A stretch of 64,000 nucleotides of DNA, counting the filler, from Jimgerdemannia flammicorona (Eukaryota), in assembly GCA_003990765.1 (NCBI GenBank). It is 3 parts of 3 records of this genome, joined end to end, with 100 filler letters (N's around TTAATTAATTAA, not from the genome) between each part and the next. Parts side by side here need not be neighbours in the genome. Positions count along the whole stretch, not along the records: positions 21,612 to 43,120 come from RBNJ01001437.1; positions 43,221 to 64,000 come from RBNJ01001588.1; 1 more part is not named here. One strand, 5' to 3'. Positions 34,410-47,931 of the stretch are shown one piece after another (the stretch's first letter is position 1; the number at the start of each line of letters is the position of its first letter). Below the pieces are notes generated by a model, which had not been told where the DNA came from, ran no database searches, and saw only the letters and a list, made by a program, of their open reading frames with translations. A program made the position numbers and the translations under genes.

Positions 34410-37406
34410 ATAATATTTTATAAATATTAAAGTTTATGTAAATGTTAAACTCTTTGCAAATGTTAAAAATATCACAAATGTTAAAGTTTTGGCATTTATC
34501 AAAGATTTCACAGATGTCAAAAATTTAATACTTATATAAAATAACTTATAACATCACTACTCTATAGCTAGCAAAACTTGTATAAATATCTCTAGTATTT
34601 AGAGCAAATAAACCTCAGATTGAAATAGTTCAAAGTAAAGAGAAAAGTAAGAGATCTAGCAAGTCTGTAAGTAGATATACTTCAAACTCACCCACTCCTG
34701 TATCCTGAGGACTCCATGGAGTTAAGAAAAATTAAGTTATTATGATATAGAAAGCTGACATACTTATATAGTTATATATCTGCTATGTTACAACTTGGTG
34801 CCCATTAGCTGGTAATTCAAGATGAATTTTCCACTTTCAAGCTAAATAATAAATAACTGCTGCCACTCAAACAATCATACAAATCAAATCAAGACATCTA
34901 GATAAGATAGATATAAGATTACTAGTATTCCACAGATATACTTTAGATGAATCAATTATTATATTTATTGATAATTTCGAGTAGTATACTACTGTAAGAA
35001 CTCTGACAATAATACAGCAAGTAGCCCTTATGTCCTTCAGTCTCTAAGGACTAGCAAGAGTAGCATTCACAGCTGTAACCCATGTGGGAAACAATGACAA
35101 TGCCATACTAGCAGTATAGAAGACCTGGCTCTGAACCACCTACTATACAAATGAGATCAAGTAAGCCTAAAAGGATCAGCTCAACACAATATATCAAGGA
35201 ATGAGTGAGGATCTAAACACATTCTACACTAGAATCTGATATCAGATAATTCTTATAGATTATGCTGCCACTATCTGAGATTAAGTAGCAGAAGCAACCT
35301 TTCTGAAAAGAGTCTACCAAGAGATAGCCCTGGCCATCCACTCATTACCAGTAGTTCTGGATCTAGTACAAAAGGTTATCTATGCCCAGCAATACTGGAT
35401 ACCCAGACATCTACAAGACTATATAATAGAAAGAGTCACTGGAGTCAGAATTGAAGCACTTAAGGCAATCAGTAAGATCTCTATCATGGTGATTAATCAA
35501 AACACACCTCAGCCAAGAGCTACAGAGCAATAGGGAATCAGTGACTCTATGGAGAAACTTACTAAGAAGTTTGCTGAAATAACTACTCATCTAGAAGATG
35601 TGGTAAAGAAAATTAGAGAAATAGACTGCTGTCTAGTTTGGAAGTTTGTCACTATCTCAGATAAGAAGAGAGATGCCTACTATATCTGGAAAGAATTATA
35701 TGAATATATGAGTGAGACTAAGTACAAAGCTTAGCCAAGCAATGCTATAAAGCACAAGGAATAGGCCAATACTATTACCTTTAAAGAAATCAGAGAATTA
35801 GATGAAGAAGAATGAGAGACCTACTCTGCATGGACTACTAAGAAAGATGTCTAAAAGAAACTCTACAAGAGACTGCCAGAGAGACCCAAGAGGAATCCAG
35901 TAGAGAAACAGATAGAGACAGCTATAGAAAGTCAAGCTAAAGAGACAGATCAAGATATGGAACTGGAATAAGCTGTTTAAGATATTATTTAAGAAACTAT
36001 CTTGGCTAGTAAAGGAGAAAAGAAGAAGCTTCACAAAACCAAGACCTTTAAGTATAATATCTTTAAGGATCTTAGTCAACAGAAATTGAATGCAACCTTT
36101 GGCCAGTTGGCAGAAATCCCTACATTTAGACAGCAAATAAGATATGGACTTGCTGAAATAACCATGGATTAAGGTTGGAAGATAACTGAGGCCAACAATG
36201 TTTCCATCAGATTGAAGATAGAATCTTTGAGGCCATCATTAATACTGGAGCAGGAGAATGCCTCCTTAGTAATAAAGCAATAGACCACCTAGATTGGGAG
36301 GTTAAAAAAGCAACCAAATTGATATTTGTCACAGCAGATGGCATAGGAGCCACACTCCTGAGAAAGATCCAAGATGCTCCCATCAAGTTTGGAGGAGCAA
36401 TCAGCTCAGTAGATATGATCATAACTAATACTACTAACTATGATATACTCATTGGCAATCAGTGGCTTTATAAAGCTAGAGCAATAATTATCCTCAATGC
36501 CCAGAAGATACAGATCATCTACTGAGGTCAGAAGATGCGAATTTCCATCAATGTCAACAAAGAAGTACTGTCTGAAATAGAAGAAGAAGAAAGTGAGCAA
36601 GAAGAAACCTACATAATGACTACTTAGAAAAAGAAGAAGAAAGTTAGATAGATAAGTGAAGAAGAATGGTGCAAAAGGATCATTGAAGAAAATGGATTAT
36701 AAGAAGTCTGCCCCATAGAATAAGAATGTACTATATAGAGTATATCAATGACTGCTACCAGTATATCAGTAGAATCAAGAAGATCTACTATGAAAGAAGA
36801 CAGAAGGCTCTTGAGAAACAGGCAAGGGAAGAGAAGAAGGAGAAAGAGGATGACAAATCATCAGCCCTCCTTGAAGATAGTGATGATGAAGAAAAAATCA
36901 AGGTCAAGATTCAGAGGATCTACTCTGGTGTATTTCTATCAGAATATAAGTCAGAAAATACAGCTGAAATAGATATCACTATTATAGAAGAAACCATACT
37001 TGTGCCCCAGACAACTACCCTACTCACAACAAGACTGGAGATGACTATTCTAAAAGATCATGTTGGGATTCTCAAGACAAGCAGCCTGGCTAAGAGTGAG
37101 ATTACAATTGAAGGAGGAGTTATTGATTTAGATTATATTGGAGAAATACTACTCATTACTAGGAACTACAATCCTATGATTAAGAAGAAGAACTGATTGG
37201 TACAGATATTAATCATCCTAGTTCTTTAGCTAAAGATTATGGAAGTCAAGAAGTTGGAGGAAATAGAAAGAAGAAAGGAAGGATTTGGATCCACAAAAGA
37301 GTAGTATTTATCAGTATCAAGATTACTCAACTGGACAACAAGAAGGAGAAAACTATAAACAAGTATAGTTATATCATTGGAAATGAATTCCCACTCAAGA
37401 AGGAAC
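34410..37406 (+). mobile_element. Element E: decayed Gypsy element (LTR, PBS, gag, PR, dUTPase) related to F and G, cut at 37406 by an LTR insertion
   Basis: TATA/AATAAA module at 34577-34612, LTR end GTTACA at 34792, PBS-like TGGTGCCC at 34796, EAIINTGAG, NYDILIGNQWLYKARA, IEGGVIDLDYIGEI, GFGST. LTR start approximate. Confidence 0.8.
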
Positions 37407-39409
37407 TGTAATAACTCTCACTTCTATCCCTCTCTTATCCTTTGGATAATTAGGGAAGTGGACTATTACTTAGAGACTTAGTACACAATGTGTACCAAGA
37501 AGCCTTCAGTTTGAGGAAGCGCTCACTTTAAGTAGTTGTAGCGGCAGTGCCTTATCTTTCAATGGTCTTTCTCTGGTTTGCCTTATCTTTCAAAGGTCTT
37601 TCTCTTGTGCCCTATTTCGAGGGTCTTGTTCTTTGCTGTACACAGACTGAATTCGCCTTGGAATTCAGGTTCAATGGGTTTACTTAAGTCTTTGGGGATT
37701 TATATACCGGTCTCAGTTCTGGCAGAAGTTAGCTAGGCTTCTGGAGTTTAGTAAGAAACACTAGAGTCACTTAGATGTCATTACTAAGACTCAGGGGAAT
37801 GTGTGTGTGTGGGGGGGACTTGATTCTTGTATCAAGGACTGAACTAAAACTGCTTTATTTCGGATGGAAACTGAGGGGTATTTATACAAGTTGGTCCACG
37901 ATTTCTGACTAAGTATGAGTGACTAATTTGGTAACTATAATGAGGTTTGTGATCACAACCTTTGTCAGGTGGTTTTTGGCAAAAACAACTTTGTGATCAG
38001 GACCTCAATTACTAGGTAATGATCAGCAACTGTGGCAACTGTTGCTGTGGCGCCGATTGTTGGGGATAAGCTGGATATCATTTTCCGCATCGTTTCACAC
38101 TGTTCACATCGTTCGTTATTCATATGCCATGCTTGATCATATGATGACGTCATCGCCAGATCACATGATCATTCATCATTCATCGTTTGTTGTTCATTGC
38201 TCATTCATTCTATTACATCCTTTTCTCCTTAGAAATCAATGTCCTCGTTGATTGAGAAATTGAGAACCAGGGGAGAGAAAGGTGAGGAATCTTCCTCAGG
38301 GGCAGGGGGGGTGGTTGTTGCTGATGGCTCGCTGTCCAGGATGGAGAAGTCAATGAGGTCTGCAAATGGTTCTTGCACTGGGTTTTGTGCTGGTGTTGGG
38401 ATTCTCCATCTGATGTGGTTGGGGCCATCCAAGTAGGGTTCTTGATCTTCATGCCTGGGAATATCCATTCGAATAGGTGGTCCTTCAAAGAGGTCAGAGA
38501 GGCCTTGGAGCCATTGGTCAGAGTTGTCATTCAGGAGGGGGCTCCAGTAGGGTTCGCAGTCAGTAGATCTGGGGGTGATCCAGGAGTTGGCTTCTTGGGC
38601 TACCTTGATCTCTAGTTCATTGACCTCAGGGAAAGAGAGGTTCTGGAAGTCCTTCAGTTATACATAGTTGAGGTTGGAGATCATGAAAGGTATATGGCGT
38701 ATGATTTGATGGACCTTCTTGGCAAGTCTTTGCTCATGCCTGTCTAGGTGAGTCCAGTCAGAGACTTGGTCTGTGGGCAGGTCCTTTGCATGTTGGAGGA
38801 GTTGATGGCCAATCTCGTATTCATGCCAGATCTCTAGGCAGCTGGTGGCAAGGTAGGCTCTGTCAATGACTTCATGGCAGTTGAGGACATAGTGTCCTAG
38901 GTTCTGGCTGAAGAGGTTAAGGGCCTCTGAGCGGCGGTTCCTTCCTTGGATGGCAACCTGGATGTGTCCAAAGAGGCGGTCAACCTGGCTTGGGAGGGGC
39001 TGGCTACGGTGGGCAGTTTGGCGGTAGGTGGCAGGCATTCTTGTCTTGTCTTTTCTTTGTGAGGAGAGGGGGATGAGAGTTGCAGGGTATTCTTGCCTTG
39101 GGTATTTTATACTTGTTCACCCATCTGATGTGATCTTCTTTTGGTCATGCTTCCTGGCAAAATGTATGACCTGTGCTGTAAGCGGAGCATGTGCTGGTTA
39201 CATGAGGAAATCCTGATTTCAAAGATCTCATCACCTGTCTGTGGTTACACAGGGTTAACAGGTCTTGGTCCACTTTTTTTTTGTCTGGTTGGCATATTTG
39301 CGAGGACTGGCCATCCTTGTCTAGGGCAAGGGCTCCCATTGTCATGGCTGGGGGTTAGAACCTCTTGGAAATAGACTTTCTTGTAATCTGAGGCAATTCT
39401 TTAGTAACA
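37407..39409 (-). repeat. LTR-like unit D carrying the U3 ORF (probably the 3' LTR of the adjacent chromovirus; right boundary uncertain, ~39202, ~39248 or 39409)
   Basis: TGTAAT begins exactly where element E pol is interrupted. TATA/AATAAA module at 37854-37890. No clear PPT or TSD found. Confidence 0.55.
38229..39038 (-). pseudogene. LTR(U3) accessory protein copy 2 (269 codons, one internal TAA at 38658-38660)
   Basis: Single frame MPATYRQ...WHEYEIGHQL...KKVHQIIRHIPF...PLLNDN...LFEGPPI...FADLIDFS...LNFSINEDIDF; TATAAAA at 39105-39111. Confidence 0.82.
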
Positions 39410-39681
39410 ATATCTGTCACGTAGATGGACTTAGACTGGTTTCGACATTGTCAGCTTTCCTAAGTTTCACATGAAGCATCCGTTATCATCTAGTGGAGAT
39501 GACACAGATGGCGTGAAATAGGGTTGTTCAAATATGTTTTGCTGTACTGTACTAGATTGTTCTGTTGCTTGGGTATCTTCTTGTTGGTTATCCATAGTGT
39601 TCCTTTTTTCGCAATGTTCGGTATTATATGTTTTCAGATAAAAATATGTGGTATCCTTCCACTCGCTGTGTGCTCCTATAC

Positions 39682-42600
39682 TTAGAGCTGTAATTCCTTC
39701 CTTTGCTGGGGGGTGAGTATTTCCATGTAGTCCTGGAGGGCTTCGCATGCATTCTTCAGAACTTTTTCTTTTTCCCAGGTGGCATCATGGGTGGGGTAAC
39801 CCTTCCACTTGATCAGGAAAAAGCACTTGACTGCTTTGGGATATTTGCAGACCTTGTGGTCAAGTACTTCCTCAATTTCGAATTCCTCATGATCATTGAT
39901 CCTAATTGGGGGTGGTGGTGGAACTGTATGCTCAGGGAATGGGTTCTCATGGTAGTCCACCAATTGGCTAATATGGAATACTGGGTGTACTTGGATATTG
40001 TGGGGGAGTTGCAACTTGTAGTTGACTTCGCTGATTTTTTCCATGATCTTGTATGGTCCAATTCTTCTAGCATGGAGTTTCTTGGCTGGTTGTTGTGCCA
40101 GGGTGTCTGGGTGGAGGTGGTCTGTTCTAAGCATGACCTTGTCACTGATATTGTAGGAGGCTTCTCTTTGTTTCAAGTTCGCATACTTGGTCTGGTAGTC
40201 TTGTGCTTCTATGAGAGCATCTCTTGTCATTCGCATAAGGTCAGAAATGGTCTTGGCCAGATCTTGGGCTGCTGGGACTGCTGATTTCACAGTAGTACTT
40301 AGGGTCCTTGGGTGTTGACCATGGTTCAGAAAGAATGGAGTCTTCTTTGTAGAGGTTTGCTGACTGTTATTGTAGGCAAACTCGGCATGGGCTAGGTACT
40401 TGTCCCAATCATTTTACTTGTAACAGCAGAAGATACTAAGCATCTGTTTGAGAGTCCTGTTTGTTTGCTCGGTTTGACTGTCAGTCTGAGGGTGGTAGGC
40501 AGTAGAGAACTTCAGCTTGGTTCCATGGAGAGAGAAAAATTCCTTCCAGAAGTTGCTTATGAACTTGGCATCTCGGTCAGATACAATGGTGCTAGGTATG
40601 CCATGTAGCCTGAATACTTGGTTGAGAAAGATCTTGGCAATTTCTGGTGCTGTAGCAGTGGTCTTGGTGGGTGCAAAATGGGCTTGTTTACTTAGGTGGT
40701 CCATGAATACCACAATGGCATCCCATCCTGCCTTGGTCTTGGGGAGTTGGACAATGAAGTCCATCGCAATCTGGTCCCAATTGTGACTTGGGATAGGCAA
40801 GGGTTGCAGGAGTCCTGCTGGTAGCTTGTTATCACTTTTGAACCTTTGGCACATCTCGCATGAGGCCACAAAGTCTTTGATATCCTTGGTCATCTTTGGC
40901 CAGTAGAACTCTCTTGAGAGGAAGTTGTAGGTCTTTTCAAAACCAAAGTGTCCTGCTGCAGGGGTATCATGGAGTTCCTGCATGATTTTGAGTCACAGAG
41001 TATCATTGTTGAGTACAACCACTCTGTCATGGTCCCTGTAGATAAGTCCATCATGGTAGGTGAATCTCTTGGCCATTTGTCTCATGGGTTCTGGAACCTC
41101 GGCCTCTGGGTCTTGGCAGAATTGAAGGAAGTTCATCAGGGGGCTGTCTTGCTGATAGCCATCCTTGATCATTTGGGTAAGATCTCCAATTACTTCGACC
41201 ATAAAGACAAGTTCATCTTCCATGTACCTGGAGAAACCATCAGCCACACGGTTGGTTTTACCTGGGATATACTTGATTTCCATATCAAAGTTGGTAATGA
41301 TTTCCATCCAGCGGGCTTGTCTGTGGGTCAGCATGGGCTGTGTGTGAATATACCATAGTGCATGGTGATCAGTGTAGGCCACAAATGGCTGTCCTAGGAG
41401 GATGTGGCACCATTCCTAGAGTACAGTGACAATAGCCAGGAGTTCCTTCTCATGGGTGGTATACTGGGTCTCAGCTGGCTTGAGCTTTTGGGAAAGGTAG
41501 GCCACTGGGTGGTCTTCTTGGCTGAGCACTGCTCCAATAGCAATGTCAGAGGCATCTGTGGTCAGAGTGAAGAGTCTGGTAGGGTCAGGTGTAATTAGCA
41601 CTGGGGCCTCAGTAAGGAGTCTCTTGAGATGGTCCATAGCCAGAGTGCATTCGGGGGTCCATTCATCTTTGATATTCACTCCTTTACAGGCCAGGCTGGT
41701 CAATGGGGCTGCAATAGCAGAGTATCCCTGGATAAACCTTCAGTAATAACCGGCAATACCCAGAAAGTGCTGGAGTAGCTTGAGGATAGTAGGGATAGGG
41801 ATATCCTTAAGGGCTGATACTTTTCGGGAGTCCACATTGATACCTTCAGCAGAGATGATGTGTCCCAGGTATTCAATCTGGTCTTGGTAGAACTTGCATT
41901 TGCTCATCTTGGCATAGAGCTGGTGTTCTTGTAGGAGGGTCAGTACTTGTCTAAGGTGGGTGTAGTGTAGCTCTACTGTCTCGCTGTAGATTAGTATATC
42001 ATCAATATACACAAGAACACAGATGTTGAGGAGTGGTCCAAAGATGTCATTCATCAGATACTGGAATGTTACTGGTATATTGGTCAATCCAAAAGGCATG
42101 ACTCAGAACTGGAGTGTCCAAACCGTGTTCGAAAAGCTGTCTTCTCAATGTCCTTCTCATCAATGAGAATCTGGTGGTAGCCATTTTGCAAATTCAGTAG
42201 AGAAAAGGTCTTGGCCTTGAAGATTTGGTGTAGCAACTCATCAATCCTGGGCAAGGCATACCAATTCTTAATAGTGATCTTGTTGAGGGCTCTGTAGTCA
42301 ATACACATTCGCAGAGAGCCATCCTTCTTCTTGACAAATAGAATTGGGGCTCCAAATGGAGAGCAGCTGGGTTCAATGTATCCTTGGGCCAGTAGTTTGG
42401 TCAACTCATCCTTGAGGGTCTTGAGCTCAGGTTGGGCCAGTTGATAGATACTCTTATATAGCGGTTCAGATCCTGGGATAAGATCAATTACATGTTGGAT
42501 TTGGTGCTTGGGTGGGAGTCCTTGAGGGTCTTGGAATACATCTTGGAATTCTTCAAACAGTTCTTGAGCTTCTGTTGGAATTGGGCTACTTGTAGCTTCA

Positions 42601-43120
42601 GTGACTTCTTGTACAGTACAGATGAAGTAGGTGTTTCCCTTTTTTCGAGAGAGTCTCTTCATTTGAATGGCAGAGATGATTTCAATTCCTTAGTGGTTGG
42701 TGCCTTCCTGTGGTGTCAGGGTGATCTTTCTGCCTTTGTGGGTCAGGTTAACCTCGTTGGTTCTCCCGTTGATGTCTGGGTTGTGCTGGGTCAACCAGGC
42801 TTTTCCTAAGATAATGTCTTGTCCTGAGAGGTCTACAATGCTGAAATCTAACTTCTCTTGATATTTGCCAATCTTGAGCAAAAGGTCTTTGCAGATCTTA
42901 GTCAATGGTGCAGTTTTTCCATCACCAAAGGTAACACTTCTTTTCTCAGCAGTGGGTCTGCTTTGGGCTCCAATCCTCTTGGTGGTCTTAGTGCTGATGT
43001 AGTTTCCAGTAGCACCACTATCAAGCAAGACATTGACATTTTGTCTGTGGACTTGGCCTGTGAACTTGATGCAACTATCCTCCTTCTTGATGGTATTGAG
43101 CTCTTCATCCTCATTGTTGT
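39682..43120 (-). mobile_element. pol: Element D pol: chromovirus-type Gypsy (PR-RT-RH-IN-chromodomain), few lesions, 5' part lost in gap
   Basis: [55 protein letters not shown], chromodomain EEFEIEEVLDH...FLIKWKGYPTHDATWE. Confidence 0.93.
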
Positions 43121-43220
43121 NNNNNNNNNNNNNNNNNNNNNNNNNNNNNNNNNNNNNNNNNNNNTTAATTAATTAANNNNNNNNNNNNNNNNNNNNNNNN
43201 NNNNNNNNNNNNNNNNNNNN
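43121..43220. other. Assembly gap with artificial linker
   Basis: N44-TTAATTAATTAA-N44. Confidence 0.97.
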
Positions 43221-43935
43221 TTTTTTAGTAATAGATATTTATTTATTAGTAATAAATAAAATAGTATTATTGTTAAAAATTCTTTTATATCTAAATTAAA
43301 AAATAAAAATAAAAATAAATTATAAAAATATTTACTTATAATACTCTCATACTTAGTTAAAATTAAACTTGTATATTTAGTAGTTTTTATTATAATCAGA
43401 ACTTATAATTTATTTTAATTAATAATATAGTATATATATGTTATAAGAAAACTAAATAATAAATTATAAATTTTATATATTATATATTATACTTTATATT
43501 TTTATTTACTCAATTTTGATCTTTTTAATAAATAATATTTTAATTTTAGCTTTTTATTATTATTTTATTATACTGATATTTAATTAATATTTTATTATTA
43601 TTCAAAAATATTATATATTACTTAAATTTATAAATTCTATATAGCTATAACTCTCTTATTATTTTTTTCAGAATAATAAATATTATTAAGAACTTAATAA
43701 TATAGTTTAAGAGATCTTTTATTTAATTTACTTATAGAGTAAGGAAGTGCTCATTTTTATAATAAGATATTCAATTATCTTAGCTTCTTTTTTACAGTTT
43801 AAGATTTTTTATATATTTACGAAATTTCTTATAATTTAGTTTTAAGATATTTGTCTTTAGATTTATATATCAGTTTTTAATAAAATAGAAGAAGTTAACT
43901 AAGTTTCTGAAGTTTGGTTAGAAATCTAAAGTAAC

Positions 43936-44339
43936 TGTAACAGTTTTAGTTTCTAAATGAGGAAGTGACTAGTTCTGGTAGTTCTAAGTAACTCAAAGAG
44001 ATACTTAAGGATTCAAGTATTCTCAAAGGATTTCTGAGAGAAAATATTCTGAGGCTTTATTCGTGAGAACAAAGGGGATATTTATACAAGATCTGAAAGA
44101 AGGATCCAGAAGGATCTGAGAAATCAAAGGAAAATACCAAGAGGAAAGTTCTTGGCAAAGATGACAAATGATGACAAATAAAGTTCTACAAGTTTCCAGA
44201 ACATTCAGTAACTAGCTAAATAAGTACTAGAGGATGCTCAGTGCCAAGAAAGGATTTCTAAGCATTCAGAAAGTACTGGAAGGTTATAGAATATTGAAGA
44301 AAGACAAAGAAAAGAAATAAACTATGCTAAAATATTCCA
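43936..44339 (-). repeat. 3' LTR of element C
   Basis: TGTAAC...TTCCA, next to the PPT; direct repeat of 53378-53781. Confidence 0.93.
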
Positions 44340-47300
44340 TCTTCCCCTCCTTAAGAATCAACATCCTCATTGAATTCTCAAAGTTACACATAATAAATAA
44401 TAAGACTAAAAGAAACTTCAAATTAAATATATTGACTCATTGGCAAGGATTGGCTGTCCTTGTATAAGGTAAGGGCCAAAGTATCATCTTGATCAGATGA
44501 GAACTGGTTTGAACCTCGTTGGTTGCAGAATTTATAGGGTTTTCCTATATCTCTTGTTTCTGATGCTGTATCCCTTAGAGAGCTCCAATGCATAATGTAC
44601 CTGATCAGCACAGTAGGTCATCTACTATCCAAGGAGAGAACCTCACAGGCAGTCAATGAGTTCCTTTTTGCTTGAACTCTTGGATGAGGTCTTGGGAGTT
44701 CTTAAGATTGGTGGTAGGTTCCCAGGTGGCATCATATTCAGGGTAACCCATTCACTTGACTAGATATTCTATGTAATAGTATTGGACTCACTTGTCTAAG
44801 ATTTTCTCAACTTCATACTCGATGTGATCTTCAACTATAACTAGTGCTGATGGTGTCAAAATTCAGCCAGGGTATGGGGGGGACTGGTTCCAGGTCTTGA
44901 GTTATGATATATGGAATACTGGGTATATACACATGGTTGTTGGCAGGTTGAGATGATAAGACTAGGTGGAGACTCACTTAGTGATTTCAAAGGGTCCAAG
45001 GTACTTAGGCTGGAATTTGGCTGACTGGTAGTTGACTTGAGATTGAGCCTTATCAGCTTTGAGTAGAACTATATCACCAATGTTGTATATGATATCTCAC
45101 CACTTCTTATCTGCATACTTAGCTTGATGTTGCTGAGTCTTTTGTAGGTTCATAGTGGCAATCTTGAGAAGGGAATCCATTTTGTCAATAAGGTTCTGGG
45201 CTGTGGGGACTTGTGTGTGACTGGATTGCTGGAATGGAACTAGGCTTGCAGGGGTCTCAGGGTTTTGACTGTGAAGTAGCTGGAATGGGGAAAGGCCAGT
45301 TGATGATTGGTTGGCATTATTGTAGATGAACTCGGCATAGGTCAGATAGTGGTCCCAATCATTTTGCTCATAAGACATGTAGTTTCTGAGCATTTGTTCA
45401 AGTGTTCTGTTCATTCCCTTAGTCTGTTCATCAGTTTGAGGGTAGAAGACAGTGGATATAGCAATTTGGGTTCCAAGGGTCTTGAAGAGTGCTTGCCAGA
45501 AGTGGCTTGTGAACTTGGGGTCACGGTCACTGATAATTACTCAGGGAAGTCCATAATAGCGGAAGACAGTCTTGAAGAAGATTCTTGCAATTTCTGGGGT
45601 AGTGGCATTGGTTGTGGTTGGCTTGGCGATTGTGATCTTAGTGAGATGGTCCACAAATACAACAATAGCATCATAGTCTGTTTTGGTTTATAGGAGTTGT
45701 ACAATGAAGTCCATTGTAACTTGTTCGAACTTCTTGGTTGGAATTTGCAAGAGTTGTAGAAGACCAGCAGGTGCTTGGTTGCTTGATTTGTTTCTTTGAC
45801 AAAGATTGCAGCTTTGGACATACTCTTTGATTTCCTTGAGCATGTTTGGCCAGTAGTAGTCTCGTTGGATATTCTTGATGGTCTTCTCAGTTCTAAGGTG
45901 ACCAGCTAGTGGAGAATCATGATATTCATAAAGAATCTTATACTATAGTTCAGGGTGACTGAAATATATACTTTGTCTTAATAGTATATGAGGTTGTCCT
46001 TGATGGTGTACTTTTTCTTGAATTCCTTGGGTTTCCTTTGTAGAACCAGAGAGTCTTGTTCATATGCCTTCTTGATCTAATTGAGGAATTTGGGTGCCAT
46101 GGTGACTTATAAAATTGTAGCAAGGTTAGGTCTTCTTGAAAGTATATCTAGTATAACCAGAGTTTTGCTGGGCTTGTAGATGATGTTTGGGGTAAAGGTC
46201 TGAAGTAGTTGACTCCACTTGGCTTGTTGGCAAGAAAGAGTTGGTTGAGTGTTGATGTACTGAAGGGACCTGTGATCAGTGATCATGTCGAACTCAACTC
46301 TTTCTAGATAGTGTCGCTAAGTCTTGAGGGCATGCATGATTACAAGGAGTTCCTTTTTATGAGTAGCCAGCTTTTGTTTCGCTGGGGACAATTTTCTTGA
46401 CTCAAAGGCAATAGGTTGGTATCCTTGACCATCATCTTGAGAAATGACTGCACCAATGGCAAAGTTAGATGCATCTATAGTGACTGTGAACTTCAAGTTT
46501 GGGTCCATGTTTCTAAGGACAGATACATGGGTCAGGCAGTTCTTGAGTTCTTGAAAAGCTTGTTGACAGAAAGCATCCCAGATGTAGGGGACATAGAGGT
46601 CAGAGTTGGGTTCCTTTTGCAGGAGATTTGTCAAAGATTCTGCAATGCCAGAGAAGTTCTTGACAAATTGACAGTAGTATCCAGCCAGACTAAGGAAGGA
46701 CCTGAGTTCAGTGAGGTTTGCTAGTACAGGCCACTGTTCAATGACTTGTATTTTTCTTGGGTCTACTTGAATTCTTTATGTGTCCAAGGTATTTGACTTG
46801 ATTCTTGAAAAATTCACATTTCTTGAGCTTTGCGTAGAGCTTGTTCATGCGAAGGATCTTGAGGACTTATTCAATGTACTTGAGGTATTCTTCTTCAGTG
46901 CTACTGAAGATCAAGATGTCATCAATGTATATAAGTACAAAGATATAGAGCTGATCCTTGAAGATAGTTTGCATGAGATCTTAAAAGGTTGCTGGCACAT
47001 TGGTGAGACCAAAGGCCATGACTAGAAATTCATAGAGTCTGAAGAGTGTCATGAAGGCAGTCTTGGATATGTCTTCTGGCTTGATTCGAATTTGGTGATA
47101 CTCAGAGGTGAGATCAATCTTGGTGAAGTACTTTGCATTCTTGAGAGCATCAAAGATTTGATCTATGAGTAGTAGTGGATAATGGTTCTTGACTGTGATC
47201 TTGTTGAGTACTTGGTAGTCTATGTACATTCACAGAGTATCATCCTTTTTCTTGACAAATAGGACTGGGGAGCCAAAGGGTGACTTGCTTGGCTGAATGG

Positions 47301-47893
47301 CTCCTCACTTGAGTTTCTTCTTGACTGCTTCAATTTCGAGTGGAGATATGTAGTACATTTTCTTCTTAGGTATAGCTGTATCAGGTACCAACTTGATTTC
47401 ATGGTCATGGTCTCTTGAAGGTGGTAGACCAGGTAGTTTATCTGGGAAGACATCCTTGTACTTTTTCAGCAGTAACTTGATGCTTTCACTAATTGATAGC
47501 TTCTTGTCTTCTTTCTTTGGTCAGATTAGTACCACAAAGGCACAGGTAGCTTTCTTGAGGGCCTTCTTGAACTGAATTGCTGAAAGGGTAGCAATTGGGG
47601 TTCTTATCTGAGTCTTGTCTGGCTTGATAGTAATGTTGGCTCCATCCGGGATCAAGGTGACTTCATTCTTGGTCCAATCAATCTGAGGGTTGTGTCATGT
47701 AAGTCAGGGTTTGCCTAGAATCAGATCATGGTCTCTTAGTAGTGCTACCTTGAAATCTAAATGTTCCCAGTACTTCTGGATTTTGAGGGGAAGTGTAGCA
47801 GCAATTGAGTTAATTGGTAAGGTGGTGCCATCTGTAGTGACAACTCCACCATTCTTGCCAGCTGGTTTGGTGAGAATCTTGAGCTTGTCAATG

Positions 47894-47898
<5 letters not shown>

Positions 47899-47931
<33 letters not shown>

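Noticed and set aside
37407..37790. Separate short solo LTR with its own TATA-like site (~37695-37708)
   Set aside because: No clear CA terminus or TSD; kept as part of LTR unit D with stated uncertainty.
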